DNA of 51,387 bases from Bacteroidales bacterium. Lineage in GTDB: Bacteria > Bacteroidota > Bacteroidia > Bacteroidales > UBA1402. The notes under the pieces are model-generated. The model was not told where the DNA came from and did not search any database. It worked only from the letters and a program-made list of their open reading frames with translations. A program made the position numbers and the translations under genes. The stretch is from positions 1 through 51,387 of the forward strand of contig JAAYBL010000019.1 in NCBI GenBank assembly GCA_012718945.1. Direction: 5' to 3'. Below, in pieces: positions 28,616 through 38,240 of this stretch. The first letter of the stretch is position 1. Each line of letters opens with the position of its first letter.

Positions 28616-29050
28616 ATGCCAGACCACGAAGCGTACATGAAACTGGCCCTGGCTGAAGCCAGACAAGCCTACGAGCGCGATGAAGTGCCCGTCGGGGCTG
28701 TCGTGGTGTGTCGTAACCGAGTGATAGCCAGGGGGCACAACCTGACAGAAACCCTCAATGACGTGACCGCTCATGCCGAGATGCAAGCCATCACGGCAGC
28801 GGCCAGTAGTTTGGGCGGTAAGTACCTGGAAGATTGTACGGTGTATGTGACGGTGGAACCCTGTGTGATGTGCGCCGGTGCTTTGGGATGGGCCCATGTC
28901 AGCGGACTGGTATACGGGGCTTCCGATGAGAAGCGGGGCTATTCACGGTTTGCTCCCAATGCCTTACACCCAAAAACCGTTGTGGTCAAGGGCGTTCTTG
29001 AGGCTGAGTGCGCCCAACTCATGAGCGATTTTTTTCAATCAAAACGATAG
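28616..29050 (+). CDS. tadA: tRNA-specific adenosine deaminase
   Basis: EVPVGAV, HAE and EPCVMCAGA motifs. Confidence 0.9.
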   Translation: MPDHEAYMKLALAEARQAYERDEVPVGAVVVCRNRVIARGHNLTETLNDVTAHAEMQAITAAASSLGGKYLEDCTVYVTVEPCVMCAGALGWAHVSGLVYGASDEKRGYSRFAPNALHPKTVVVKGVLEAECAQLMSDFFQSKR

Positions 29051-30055
29051 GGACAGCTTGAGGTTGCTCCCGGCGTAAGCCCCCAGAATGCCTATGCCGT
29101 GTTCGACATTGCTGTGTATCTGCACAGGCTCAGCAAAAGGACTGTAGGGGTCGTAGGCGCTGGAAGTTAGCAGGTACAGGTAGTAGGACTTGTCCAGCGC
29201 TTGCAAATCGATGATATAGGGCTCGGTGTCTTCGGACGCTTTTTTTGTACTGTCCAGGGGCATACGGCCGCTGTTGTAGTCTTCGTTGCTGACATATATC
29301 CATTCTTCCACGCCGAACGTCAGGGGGTAGGAACGCCCATCGAACAGTTCATCGGTGAAGGTGCCGTAGATATTGTAGGTTCCCATGTCGATGATTTCTT
29401 CCATATCGGCACCGGTCTCCGTCTCACCGAACACAATATCGTCTTTCGTGTACCAGATGTTCTCAAAATACCCTTCCTGGTAGTAATCCCGCTGACGTTT
29501 TACGACCAGTCGGTAGTAATCGGCCTGTCCACCCGGATCCTTGAACGTCAGGGTAATGGTCATCTTGTAATGGATGTTCCAACCCGTTGTGTCGCCGCCA
29601 ATTGAGTTGCCTTGGGAATCATAGTAATTGTAGGAGATGGGGTAAGCCTCTGGTATGCTGAGGCTGGTGTCAATGCGTTCAATGACAGGCCGCATGGGAA
29701 TCATCGTTTCGGCTGATACCGTCTGCAGGCCAGGGGCGGAGACGGACAACCGGATATGGTCACCCTCGGAGGGGCGGTAGTTGCTGGTGTAGCGACCGTT
29801 GGCTTGGTGAGCACAGTTTTCCTTGAACGTACCGTTTACGAACAGCGAGACTGTCGCGTTCTTTACCGTGGTAAACGTGTCCTGTGACACAAGGAAGAAC
29901 CGACTTTCAGTAACCTCGACGGATAGGGTGGTGTCTGGAAGGGCCACGGCATTGATGACCAGCATGGGCTCGGTGATGGCACCATCAAACTCGATGTCCT
30001 TTTCGCAGGCGGCCAGCAGCGCCATCAGGCAAAGTAAGGGGAGCAGGCGTTTCAT
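29039..30055 (-). CDS. DUF4249-family lipoprotein
   Basis: Lipobox LAAC then EKDI. FKDP...DYY, FTDELFDG and EPVQIHSNV..GIGILG. Directly downstream of a TonB receptor. Confidence 0.85.
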   Translation of the reverse strand: MKRLLPLLCLMALLAACEKDIEFDGAITEPMLVINAVALPDTTLSVEVTESRFFLVSQDTFTTVKNATVSLFVNGTFKENCAHQANGRYTSNYRPSEGDHIRLSVSAPGLQTVSAETMIPMRPVIERIDTSLSIPEAYPISYNYYDSQGNSIGGDTTGWNIHYKMTITLTFKDPGGQADYYRLVVKRQRDYYQEGYFENIWYTKDDIVFGETETGADMEEIIDMGTYNIYGTFTDELFDGRSYPLTFGVEEWIYVSNEDYNSGRMPLDSTKKASEDTEPYIIDLQALDKSYYLYLLTSSAYDPYSPFAEPVQIHSNVEHGIGILGAYAGSNLKLSLSF

Positions 30056-30060
30056 ATGGG

Positions 30061-32490
30061 TCAGAATTTATAGGCGTAACTCAAAGATGGAATGATGGGG
30101 AAGATGGACAACTGGGTCAACTTCTTTATTTCTATGTAACGATCGTTGATGCGGTCGTAGGTATAGTCGCTGCTGGGGTAAACCAGGAAGGGGTTGAGGT
30201 TGTTGTAGGCATTGTACACACTCAAACTCCAGGTGCGGACCCCATGTTTTTTCTGCTTGTGGAAATTGATACCCAGATCCAGGCGGTGATAGGGGTTGAA
30301 ACGGTAGTTGTTGCGGCTGTTGATGTGGCCGTTGTTGCTGAACCACATTTGGGCGTCAGGGATATCCAGCCCATCGTATTCCTGCATCGCCAGGGTACCG
30401 CAGTTGCCAGTGCTATACACCCAGGTGCCGGATAGGTCGATGCGTTTGGTTAAGTTGTGCGTCAAAGTCAGGCTGATGTCGTGACGCCTGTCGTACTTGG
30501 CCGGGAACACCCGTCCGCCATTGATTTCCTGTCCAGGCCTATCAAAGAGGCGTTCCGACTTGGCCCAGGTATAGCCCAGCCAGCCTGTTGTTTTACCAAA
30601 GGAACGTTGTGCCAGGAATTCGACCCCATAAGCCCAGCCTCTGCCCATGTTGACTTTGTCTTCCCAGCCCGTGCTGGAGCCCATGAAGCTCGCCCCATCC
30701 TTGTATTCGATGAGGTTGTCCATTGTTTTGTAGTAGGCCTCTACAGAGAGGTCGATTTCATCAAGTAGGTTGTAGAACAGTCCGGCTGATACTTGCCTGG
30801 ATACCATGGGCTTTATGCGTTTGGTGACAGGAACCCAAAGATCGGTAGGCAGACTCACACTACTGTTGGACAACAGGTGGATGTACTGACTCATGGTAGC
30901 GTAGCCAAGTTTGGCCGATAGTTTGTCGCTGATCAGAAAGCGCAGGCCAAGCCTGGGCTGCAGCGAGTGGTAGAAGGTTTGCTGGACGGCAAATGTCGAG
31001 TAGTGTAAGCCGATGTTGGCTTTGACCAGGTCGCCCAGATTCATATTGTCTTCCACGTAAACCTGGAATTCGTGGGAATGCACGTTTTTATCGCCGATGA
31101 TGGTGTCCAGGTTGAAGGCTGTGGTGTCAGTGGATCTCATTTTTGCCACCGACACACCTGGTCTGAAGGTGTGGTTGGTGTAGCTGGCTCCGAATTTGAT
31201 GTCGTGGTCGGGGGTGGGCAGGTAATCGAAGTCAGCCTTGAACGTATAGTCGGTGATGCCGGAGAGGTACCCTACCATTTGTTCTTCCTTGAAGTGAGCG
31301 GGCGGGTTTTTCTGCCGCTGCTCCCACACATTGCTGATACCCAGGTCAAAGCGATACCGTGTGAACGAGGCTGTGGTGTTCATGAACAGTTTGTTCGTGA
31401 TAATTCTGTTCCAACGCAAGGCTGAAATCAGGTTGCCCCAGTACCAGTTCATTTTCATCCGACTTTCCTCCGTCAGGTTGCCACCCTCTTTGTAATGTTC
31501 TTTGAAACCGGCATAGATGGCATCGTCCCCCATGTAATGACTGTAGTAAAGCCTATCCTTGTCGGAAAGGATATGGCTCAACTTGGCGTTGAAATCGTAG
31601 AAATAGTATCCGGCCGACATACCGCTGAGGCTTTGATCGGAGGCGGCGGCAATTTTGATGAAGGGTTGTACCAAAATATCGGCATAGGTACGTCGCAACG
31701 ACACATTGAAGGTGGTCTTGCCTTTGATGATGGGCCCTTCCAGGTTGAAACGGGAGGCAATCAGGCCAACGGAGACATTTCCGTGGTAGGACTGGTCGTT
31801 CCCATCGTTCATACGGATGTCTACAACCGATGAAAGGCGGCTGCCGAACCTGGCCGGAAAACTGCCTTTGTAGAGGGTGACGTTTTTAATGGCGTCTGTA
31901 TTGAATACGGAAAAGAATCCGAACAAGTGGTTGACGTTGTACACGGGTACGCCATCGAGCAGGAGCAGGTTTTCATCCGGGCCACCTCCCCGCACATACA
32001 TGCCGGCTGACCCTTCGGTACCGGCCTGGACACCGGGTAACAGTTGCAAGGCCTTGATCAGGTCGGCCTCCCCAAAAAGGGTGGGGATGGCCTTGATTTG
32101 GGAAGCAGGTATTTGAACGGTACTCATCTGGGAGCCTTTGACGCCGGTTTCCCTGACATCACCGCCCCAGACGGTGACTTCGCTCAGTTCGGTGGATGGC
32201 ACCAATCGGATGTTGACTACGGTGTCTTTGGTCGGGGCTAGGGCTAACGTTTGCTGGGCATAACCCACGTAGGAGAAGCGGACAAGGAGGGAGGACGCCG
32301 GCAGGGTCAGCGAATAGAATCCATATGGATTGGTTACGGTGCCTTTGCCTGTTGTTCTTTCGAAAACAGAGGCGTTGATGAGGGTTTCTCCGGTATTGGC
32401 GTCCACAATGTGGCCACTGAGGGTGATGGCGTTGACGGAGGCGTAGGCCATCATGGAAAGCAGAAGAGGCAAAAGAGCTCGCACGTTCAT
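30061..32490 (-). CDS. TonB-dependent receptor (non-SusC type, partner of DUF4249)
   Basis: Signal peptide, TNPYGFYSL, GEADLIKALQLLPGV, VRGG.PDENL, GSFPARFGSRLSSV and C-terminal YAYKF. Confidence 0.94.
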   Translation of the reverse strand: MNVRALLPLLLSMMAYASVNAITLSGHIVDANTGETLINASVFERTTGKGTVTNPYGFYSLTLPASSLLVRFSYVGYAQQTLALAPTKDTVVNIRLVPSTELSEVTVWGGDVRETGVKGSQMSTVQIPASQIKAIPTLFGEADLIKALQLLPGVQAGTEGSAGMYVRGGGPDENLLLLDGVPVYNVNHLFGFFSVFNTDAIKNVTLYKGSFPARFGSRLSSVVDIRMNDGNDQSYHGNVSVGLIASRFNLEGPIIKGKTTFNVSLRRTYADILVQPFIKIAAASDQSLSGMSAGYYFYDFNAKLSHILSDKDRLYYSHYMGDDAIYAGFKEHYKEGGNLTEESRMKMNWYWGNLISALRWNRIITNKLFMNTTASFTRYRFDLGISNVWEQRQKNPPAHFKEEQMVGYLSGITDYTFKADFDYLPTPDHDIKFGASYTNHTFRPGVSVAKMRSTDTTAFNLDTIIGDKNVHSHEFQVYVEDNMNLGDLVKANIGLHYSTFAVQQTFYHSLQPRLGLRFLISDKLSAKLGYATMSQYIHLLSNSSVSLPTDLWVPVTKRIKPMVSRQVSAGLFYNLLDEIDLSVEAYYKTMDNLIEYKDGASFMGSSTGWEDKVNMGRGWAYGVEFLAQRSFGKTTGWLGYTWAKSERLFDRPGQEINGGRVFPAKYDRRHDISLTLTHNLTKRIDLSGTWVYSTGNCGTLAMQEYDGLDIPDAQMWFSNNGHINSRNNYRFNPYHRLDLGINFHKQKKHGVRTWSLSVYNAYNNLNPFLVYPSSDYTYDRINDRYIEIKKLTQLSIFPIIPSLSYAYKF

Positions 32491-32738
32491 GCAGATGGGG
32501 TTTTTTGGGGAGGCTTTGGTGATTTGATTTCTTCAAAGTCAACGTATTCACCCTCTTCCTGAGTGAATACTTTCTTGCGTTTTTTGCTGTTTTTTGGTGC
32601 CTCTTCGCCCATTTCTTCGGTATAACCGGCTTCCTGACGGAAGCGTTTGAAGCGACGTTTCAAGTAAGCACGGAAAAGCCATCCACCCATCATGGGCAGA
32701 AATACGAACAGCAAAAATAGGATCAGGATAATTTCCAT
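32487..32738 (-). CDS. DUF4834-family small membrane protein
   Basis: N-terminal transmembrane helix and the signature KVF...EGEYVDFEEIK. Start set at MEIILIL (32738). Confidence 0.82.
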   Translation of the reverse strand: MEIILILFLLFVFLPMMGGWLFRAYLKRRFKRFRQEAGYTEEMGEEAPKNSKKRKKVFTQEEGEYVDFEEIKSPKPPQKTPSA

Positions 32739-33421
32739 GATGCGGAGACAATGAGGGCCAGTAAGATGTACCAAGCAATACAGGCAGCCAGGCCGCTCCA
32801 CCCCAATAGTAGTATCAAGGGCAGGCAACCCAACAGAAATAGGTAGATTGGTCTGTTCTCTTTGGCCTTCAGGTGTTTGATTTTAAGGGAGAACATGGGG
32901 ACTTCAGAGACCATCAAACCGGCAAGCAGCAGGATGACGGGCAGGAAATAAGCTGGGTGTAACGGGGCTGTCAACCATTGGTCCAGACCAAACCCGGCTG
33001 TAAAAGCCCAGAACAGGCCGTTGGCTGGGGTGGGGAGCCCAAGAAAGACAGTGGTTTGCCGTTCATCCAGGTTGAATTTGGCAAGACGCAAAGCGGAAGC
33101 GACAGGTAGCAACAGGACCATCCAGGCCCAGGCTTCTGAGGCGCCGGTAGAGAGCGCTCCTGATTTGATGCTTGTGAACAATAGCATGGCTGGAGCCACT
33201 CCAAAACTGACAACATCTGAGAGGGAATCCAACTCTTTTCCCATGGGGGAATAGGCCTTCAGGAGCCTGGCGGCCATGCCATCAAGGAAGTCGAAGCCGG
33301 CGGCAGCGAGGATAAACAGGGCTGCGCTCTGCAACTGTCCTTGGAACGCCAGAATGATGGCCACGCAGCCTGCCGCCAGATTGAGGCAGGTAATGGTGTT
33401 GGGGATGTGTTTTTTAATCAT
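32723..33421 (-). CDS. pssA: CDP-diacylglycerol--serine O-phosphatidyltransferase
   Basis: PNTITCLN, the CDP-alcohol motif DFLDGMAARLL...GKELDSLSD, RLAKFN and FLGLPTPA. Confidence 0.93.
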   Translation of the reverse strand: MIKKHIPNTITCLNLAAGCVAIILAFQGQLQSAALFILAAAGFDFLDGMAARLLKAYSPMGKELDSLSDVVSFGVAPAMLLFTSIKSGALSTGASEAWAWMVLLLPVASALRLAKFNLDERQTTVFLGLPTPANGLFWAFTAGFGLDQWLTAPLHPAYFLPVILLLAGLMVSEVPMFSLKIKHLKAKENRPIYLFLLGCLPLILLLGWSGLAACIAWYILLALIVSASWKLS

Positions 33422-34125
33422 TGGGCTGTGCTTGTTTCCGTTTCCTTGGTTTTCCAGCGGGCGATGACCGTCTTGTTGCCTTTGGTCAGGTCGCCGTGTT
33501 TCACCAAAATATCAACGGCGTCGATCGGAAAAAAGAGGTCAACCCTGGATCCGAATTTAATAAAACCCAGGTGTTCGTTGTAGCGGGCTTTTTTACCCGT
33601 GTAGGCATAGGTGACAATGCGTCTGGCCAAGGCACCGGCGATTTGACGTACCAGGAGCGTCTGCTGGCTGAAGGAGGAACGGATCAGCACCGTGGATCGT
33701 TCGTTTTCCGTGCTGGATTTGGGCAGGTATGCCGCCAGAAAATTGCCGTTCTGATGGCTGTAATGCTCCACATTGCCCTCAATCGGGTACCAGTTGGCGT
33801 GCACGTTGAACACCGACATAAAAATGGAGAGTTGTATACGCTCTTCTTTGAGCAGACCTTCTTCAAACACCCGCTCAATGACAACGACCTTGCCATCTGC
33901 AGGGGCCATGATGTCTCCTGGCGCTGGTTGGCAGATGCGGCGCGGGCTTCTGAAAAAATTGGTAATGAAAAGAAAAAGGAAGATGGAGACCGTCAGGGTG
34001 ATAACGAAGGCGAGGTGACCCCCAACAATCCAGACCAACCCGTCAAGGGCTAACAAACCGACAAACAACCAGAGCAGCAGTTTGCGGCCTTCCTTGTGTA
34101 TGGTCATGCGCAGGGATCGTATCAT
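33418..34125 (-). CDS. psd: Phosphatidylserine decarboxylase proenzyme (short type)
   Basis: FFRSP, APADGKV, IFMSVFNVH, NER, QIAGALARRI and self-cleavage FGSRVD. Alternative start at 34107. Confidence 0.94.
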   Translation of the reverse strand: MIRSLRMTIHKEGRKLLLWLFVGLLALDGLVWIVGGHLAFVITLTVSIFLFLFITNFFRSPRRICQPAPGDIMAPADGKVVVIERVFEEGLLKEERIQLSIFMSVFNVHANWYPIEGNVEHYSHQNGNFLAAYLPKSSTENERSTVLIRSSFSQQTLLVRQIAGALARRIVTYAYTGKKARYNEHLGFIKFGSRVDLFFPIDAVDILVKHGDLTKGNKTVIARWKTKETETSTAQ

Positions 34126-34145
34126 AGGCTCCGGTAAAATCGGGG

Positions 34146-34153
34146 CAAAAGTA
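34146..34153 (-). promoter_or_regulatory. -7 element (TACTTTTG) for the psd operon
   Basis: TAnnTTTG match 20 nt before ATG 34125. Confidence 0.62.
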
Positions 34154-34286
34154 CGGCTATTTCAGCAGATGGCAAAATCTTTCACGACCCCGCTCTTTGT
34201 TGAAAACTTTTTGTCGGACGTGCTTGTCGGCTCGCGTTTTGGGCGTATCTTTAAGACGTTTTTTTCTCTTTTTTAACCGATTGACT

Positions 34287-37200
34287 ATGACCCCTTTCGT
34301 CCATTTACACGTGCATTCCCAGTTCTCCGTCCTGGACGGTCAAGCTTCTATACAGGCCTTGGTTGATAAAGCCTTGGGCGATGGTATGAAAGCCTTGGCG
34401 CTGACGGACCACGGAAACATGTTTGGCGTCAAGGAGTTTTTCAATTACGTATCGAAAAAGAACAAGGGGAAACCCGAAGAAGAATGGTTCAAACCCATTA
34501 TCGGTTGTGAGGTCTATGTGGCCAGGAATGGCCGTTTGCAACAACGTAAGGAGGTTAAGGAAGACGCCAGGGGCTGGCACTTGATATTGTTGGCCAAAAA
34601 TTATCAGGGGTACAAAAACCTGATGAAGATTGTGTCTCATGCCTGGACCGAAGGGTACTATTACTGCGCCCGAACCGACCATGAAGAGTTGGAAAAGTAC
34701 CACGAAGGCTTGATCGCTTGTTCGGCCTGTCTGGGTGGTGAAATACCAAGGCACATTTCCAATGGTCGCATGGATTTGGCAGAGGCCTCTGTGCAGTGGT
34801 TCAAGCGCGTGTTCGGGGATGATTTCTACCTGGAGCTCCAATTGCATAAACCAACGGTTGAGAACGCCGCTCAAGATACGTACCCCAAGCAAGTAGCCGT
34901 TAATGAGCGGCTGGTGGAGTTGTCCACCAAGTTTGGTGTGAAAATCATCGCCTCCAACGACGTGCATTTTGTGGATGAAGAACACGCCGAAGCTCATCAC
35001 CGTCTGATATGCCTGAACACAGGCCGTGACCTGGATGATCCAGGCAGCATGGCTTACACCAAACAAGAATGGCTTAAGACGCAGGCTGAGATGAACGAGG
35101 TCTTTGCCGCATACCCGGAAGCCTTGGCCAACACGCAGGAAATAGCCGACAAGGTGGGTTATTATTCCATAGACCACAAACCCATCATGCCCAACTTTGT
35201 CTTACCTGAGGGTTTTGACAACGATGATGATTACTTGCGTCATCTTACCTACAAGGGGGCTGAACGCCTATATCCAGCTATCACCGACGAGGTGAAGGAG
35301 CGAATCGATTTTGAATTGGACGTTATCAAGACCATGGGTTTTCCAGGGTATTTCCTCATTGTACAGGATTTTACCACGGCAGCCAGAAACATGGGCGTTT
35401 CTGTGGGGCCGGGTCGTGGGTCGGCTGCCGGATCGGTGGTGGCTTATTGCCTGGGTATTACGCAGGTTGACCCTATTAAGTATGACTTGCTGTTTGAACG
35501 TTTCCTCAATCCGGACCGTATCTCCATGCCTGATATCGACATCGATTTCGATGACGATGGCAGGGGGCAGGTGTTGCGCTGGGTGGAAGAAAAGTACGGC
35601 AAGGAAAAGGTAGCCCACATCATCACCTATGGAACGATGGCGGCGAAATCGGCCATCAAAGATGTGGCCAGGGTGCAACGTTTGCCCTTGGCTGAATCGG
35701 ACAGGCTCTCCAAGTTGGTGCCCGATAAAATACCGGATGTCAAGAAAGTAAACCTGAAGAACGCCATCAAGTTCGTTCCTGAATTGTTGGAGGCGGCAGA
35801 ATCGCCCAACCCTGTGTTGCGCGACACGATGAAGTACGCGCAAATGCTGGAAGGTAATGTGCGCAACATCGGTGTGCACGCCTGCGGTGTCATCATTGGC
35901 AGGGATGAGATTTCAGACTGGGTACCGGTCAGTACGGCCGACGATAAGGAAACCGGGGAGAAACTCCTGGTGACGCAGTACGAAGGTTCCGTCATCGAAG
36001 AAACGGGGATGATCAAGATGGACTTCCTGGGACTTAAGACCTTGTCCATTATCAAAGACGCCCTGGCAAACATTAAGCTGTCCAAAGGTGAGGCTATAAA
36101 TATTGATACCATCTCGCTGGAAGATCCCAAGACGTTTGAATTGTATAGTAATGGCAATACGGTGGGAACCTTCCAGTTTGAATCGTCTGGGATGCAGAAA
36201 TACCTTAGGGAACTCAAGCCTACGTCGTTTGAGGACCTGATCGCTATGAATGCCTTGTACAGGCCTGGGCCTATGGATTACATCCCTTCATTTATTGCCC
36301 GTAAGCACGGTAGGGAGCCGATATCCTACGATATACCCATCATGGAGCGGTACCTTAAGGATACCTACGGGATTACAGTGTATCAGGAACAGGTGATGTT
36401 GCTTTCCCGTCTATTGGCCAATTTCACCAGGGGCCAGTCGGATGAGTTGCGTAAAGCGATGGGTAAGAAGATCGTGGAAAAGCTGAACATGCTGAAGCCC
36501 AAATTTATTGAGGGTGGCAAGTCCAACGGTCATGACCCGGCTGTTTTGGAAAAAATCTGGGCAGACTGGGAAAAATTCGCTTCCTACGCTTTCAATAAGT
36601 CGCACGCTACTTGTTATTCGCTGGTTGCCTACCAAACAGCCTGGCTCAAAGCTAATTACCCGGCTGAGTACATGGCTGCTGTGTTGACCCGGAGTGTCAA
36701 TAACATCGCCGATATCACCAAGTTTATGGACGAATGCCGTTCGATGGGCATTCAGGTGTTGGGACCAGACGTCAATGAGTCTAATTTTCAGTTTACGGTC
36801 AACAAGGACGGCAACATCCGCTTTGGTCTTGGGGCCATCAAGGGTGTGGGCGAAGGAGCTGTCAGGGCCATTATCGAGGAAAGGGGCAACGGTGGCCCTT
36901 ACAAGGACGTGTTTGATTTTCTGGAGCGGGTCAATCTGAACGCCTGCAACAAGAAAAGTGTTGAATCCATGGCATTGGCCGGTAGCTTCGACTCGTTAAA
37001 CCACCTTACCAGGGAACAGCTTGTCTCTGAGAACAGTAAAGGTGAGTCTAACCTGGATGTCTTGATCCGTTATGGGAATAAGGTGCAGATAGACAGGGCT
37101 TTGGTTAAGAACTCCTTGTTTGGTGGTGACAACGAAGTGGCTGTCTCCAAACCGGACATTCCTAGGGTGGAAGAATGGCCTACGTTGCATCGACTCAACA

Positions 37201-37835
37201 GGGAAAAGGAATTGGTGGGCATGTACCTGTCATCCCATCCGCTTGATCCCTATTCGGTGCTGATGAACTATGTCTGCAACACCACCATGGATGATATCAA
37301 ACAGAACAACCTGGTGGCCAATAAGGAGTTGCTTTTCGGTGGCATCATAACCGATATCAGGCAACGTACCAATAAGAAAAACGAGCTGTATGCCTTTGTA
37401 ACCATTGAAGATTACTCAGGCTCTTGCGAAATACCTTTTTGGGCTAAAGAGTATGTGGATTTCGGTAATTACCTGAAGCCATCCATGTTCTTGTTTATCA
37501 AAGGAGTATATCAACCCAGATCCTGGAAGCCTTCCGAAATGGAACTGAAGATCAAGTCGGTGAGTCGCTTGTCTGAAGTCTTGGAAAGCAGTTTGGGAGC
37601 ACTGCAGCTTTTCCTGCCATTGTCGGCCATCAATACATTGTTTGTCAACGATCTGCTGGAAGTCGTCAAGGAGCATCCGGGAAAAACAGATTTTCAGGTG
37701 ACGGTAACCGACTATGATGAAGAACCGCCGATTCGCATTGACATGTTCTCAAGAAATATTAGAATAGACCCCAGCCGTAAATTGGTTGAATATCTCGAAG
37801 GATTGCCGTTTGCTGAGTTGAAAATTCATTCGTAG
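34287..37835 (+). CDS. dnaE: DNA polymerase III alpha subunit
   Basis: PHP domain HLHVHSQFSVLDG, GPGRGSAAGS, PDIDIDF, KMDFLGL, YAFNKSH and a C-terminal OB fold. Start moved to ATG 34287. Confidence 0.98.
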   Translation: MTPFVHLHVHSQFSVLDGQASIQALVDKALGDGMKALALTDHGNMFGVKEFFNYVSKKNKGKPEEEWFKPIIGCEVYVARNGRLQQRKEVKEDARGWHLILLAKNYQGYKNLMKIVSHAWTEGYYYCARTDHEELEKYHEGLIACSACLGGEIPRHISNGRMDLAEASVQWFKRVFGDDFYLELQLHKPTVENAAQDTYPKQVAVNERLVELSTKFGVKIIASNDVHFVDEEHAEAHHRLICLNTGRDLDDPGSMAYTKQEWLKTQAEMNEVFAAYPEALANTQEIADKVGYYSIDHKPIMPNFVLPEGFDNDDDYLRHLTYKGAERLYPAITDEVKERIDFELDVIKTMGFPGYFLIVQDFTTAARNMGVSVGPGRGSAAGSVVAYCLGITQVDPIKYDLLFERFLNPDRISMPDIDIDFDDDGRGQVLRWVEEKYGKEKVAHIITYGTMAAKSAIKDVARVQRLPLAESDRLSKLVPDKIPDVKKVNLKNAIKFVPELLEAAESPNPVLRDTMKYAQMLEGNVRNIGVHACGVIIGRDEISDWVPVSTADDKETGEKLLVTQYEGSVIEETGMIKMDFLGLKTLSIIKDALANIKLSKGEAINIDTISLEDPKTFELYSNGNTVGTFQFESSGMQKYLRELKPTSFEDLIAMNALYRPGPMDYIPSFIARKHGREPISYDIPIMERYLKDTYGITVYQEQVMLLSRLLANFTRGQSDELRKAMGKKIVEKLNMLKPKFIEGGKSNGHDPAVLEKIWADWEKFASYAFNKSHATCYSLVAYQTAWLKANYPAEYMAAVLTRSVNNIADITKFMDECRSMGIQVLGPDVNESNFQFTVNKDGNIRFGLGAIKGVGEGAVRAIIEERGNGGPYKDVFDFLERVNLNACNKKSVESMALAGSFDSLNHLTREQLVSENSKGESNLDVLIRYGNKVQIDRALVKNSLFGGDNEVAVSKPDIPRVEEWPTLHRLNREKELVGMYLSSHPLDPYSVLMNYVCNTTMDDIKQNNLVANKELLFGGIITDIRQRTNKKNELYAFVTIEDYSGSCEIPFWAKEYVDFGNYLKPSMFLFIKGVYQPRSWKPSEMELKIKSVSRLSEVLESSLGALQLFLPLSAINTLFVNDLLEVVKEHPGKTDFQVTVTDYDEEPPIRIDMFSRNIRIDPSRKLVEYLEGLPFAELKIHS

Positions 37836-37860
37836 CAACGGGCAGCAGAAAAATAATTTG

Positions 37861-37868
37861 TATTTTTG
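37861..37868 (+). promoter_or_regulatory. -7 element (TATTTTTG) for trxA
   Basis: TAnnTTTG match in the dnaE-trxA gap. Confidence 0.55.
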
Positions 37869-37922
37869 ACGGGCCGTTGACAAACGACAGCCTTTTGATT
37901 GAACTGTAAAAAATAACGACAT

Positions 37923-38240
37923 ATGGCATTGGTACTGACCGATTCGAATTTTGATGAGTGGCTGAACGCCGCCGAACCTCTGATTGTGGATTTTTGGGCA
38001 GAATGGTGTGGCCCCTGCAAAATGATGGCCCCCGTGGTGGACGAACTGGCCGAAATGTATGCCGGTAAAGTCAATATCGGTAAGTTGGATGTGGACGACA
38101 ACAACGAAATCAGCTCCCGCTACGGTATCCGAAACATTCCAACCCTTCTTTTTTTCAAAAATGGACAGCTTGTAGACAAGCAGGTCGGCGCTACTCAGAA
38201 AAGTGCGCTTGTCCAGAAGGTTGAAGCCCTGTTGGGTTAA
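37923..38240 (+). CDS. trxA: Thioredoxin
   Basis: DFWAEWCGPCK and IRNIPT motifs, 105 aa. Confidence 0.97.
   Translation: MALVLTDSNFDEWLNAAEPLIVDFWAEWCGPCKMMAPVVDELAEMYAGKVNIGKLDVDDNNEISSRYGIRNIPTLLFFKNGQLVDKQVGATQKSALVQKVEALLG

Noticed and set aside
28376-29050. Toxin-antitoxin pair (RHH antitoxin plus deaminase toxin)
   Set aside because: The deaminase has ordinary TadA motifs and length in a housekeeping context, and the genes do not overlap.
34305-35879. Long antisense ORFs (290 and 203 aa) opposite dnaE, and similar ones opposite susC (11157-11918), the coiled-coil gene (8108-8806), frr, psd and GH28 (50726-51319)
   Set aside because: They lie on the opposite strand of well-supported genes, show no recognisable motifs, and fit codon-bias shadow ORFs.
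34287-37835. Intein or extra exonuclease domain in DnaE
   Set aside because: The length (~1180 aa) and motif order are ordinary, and I saw no splice motifs.
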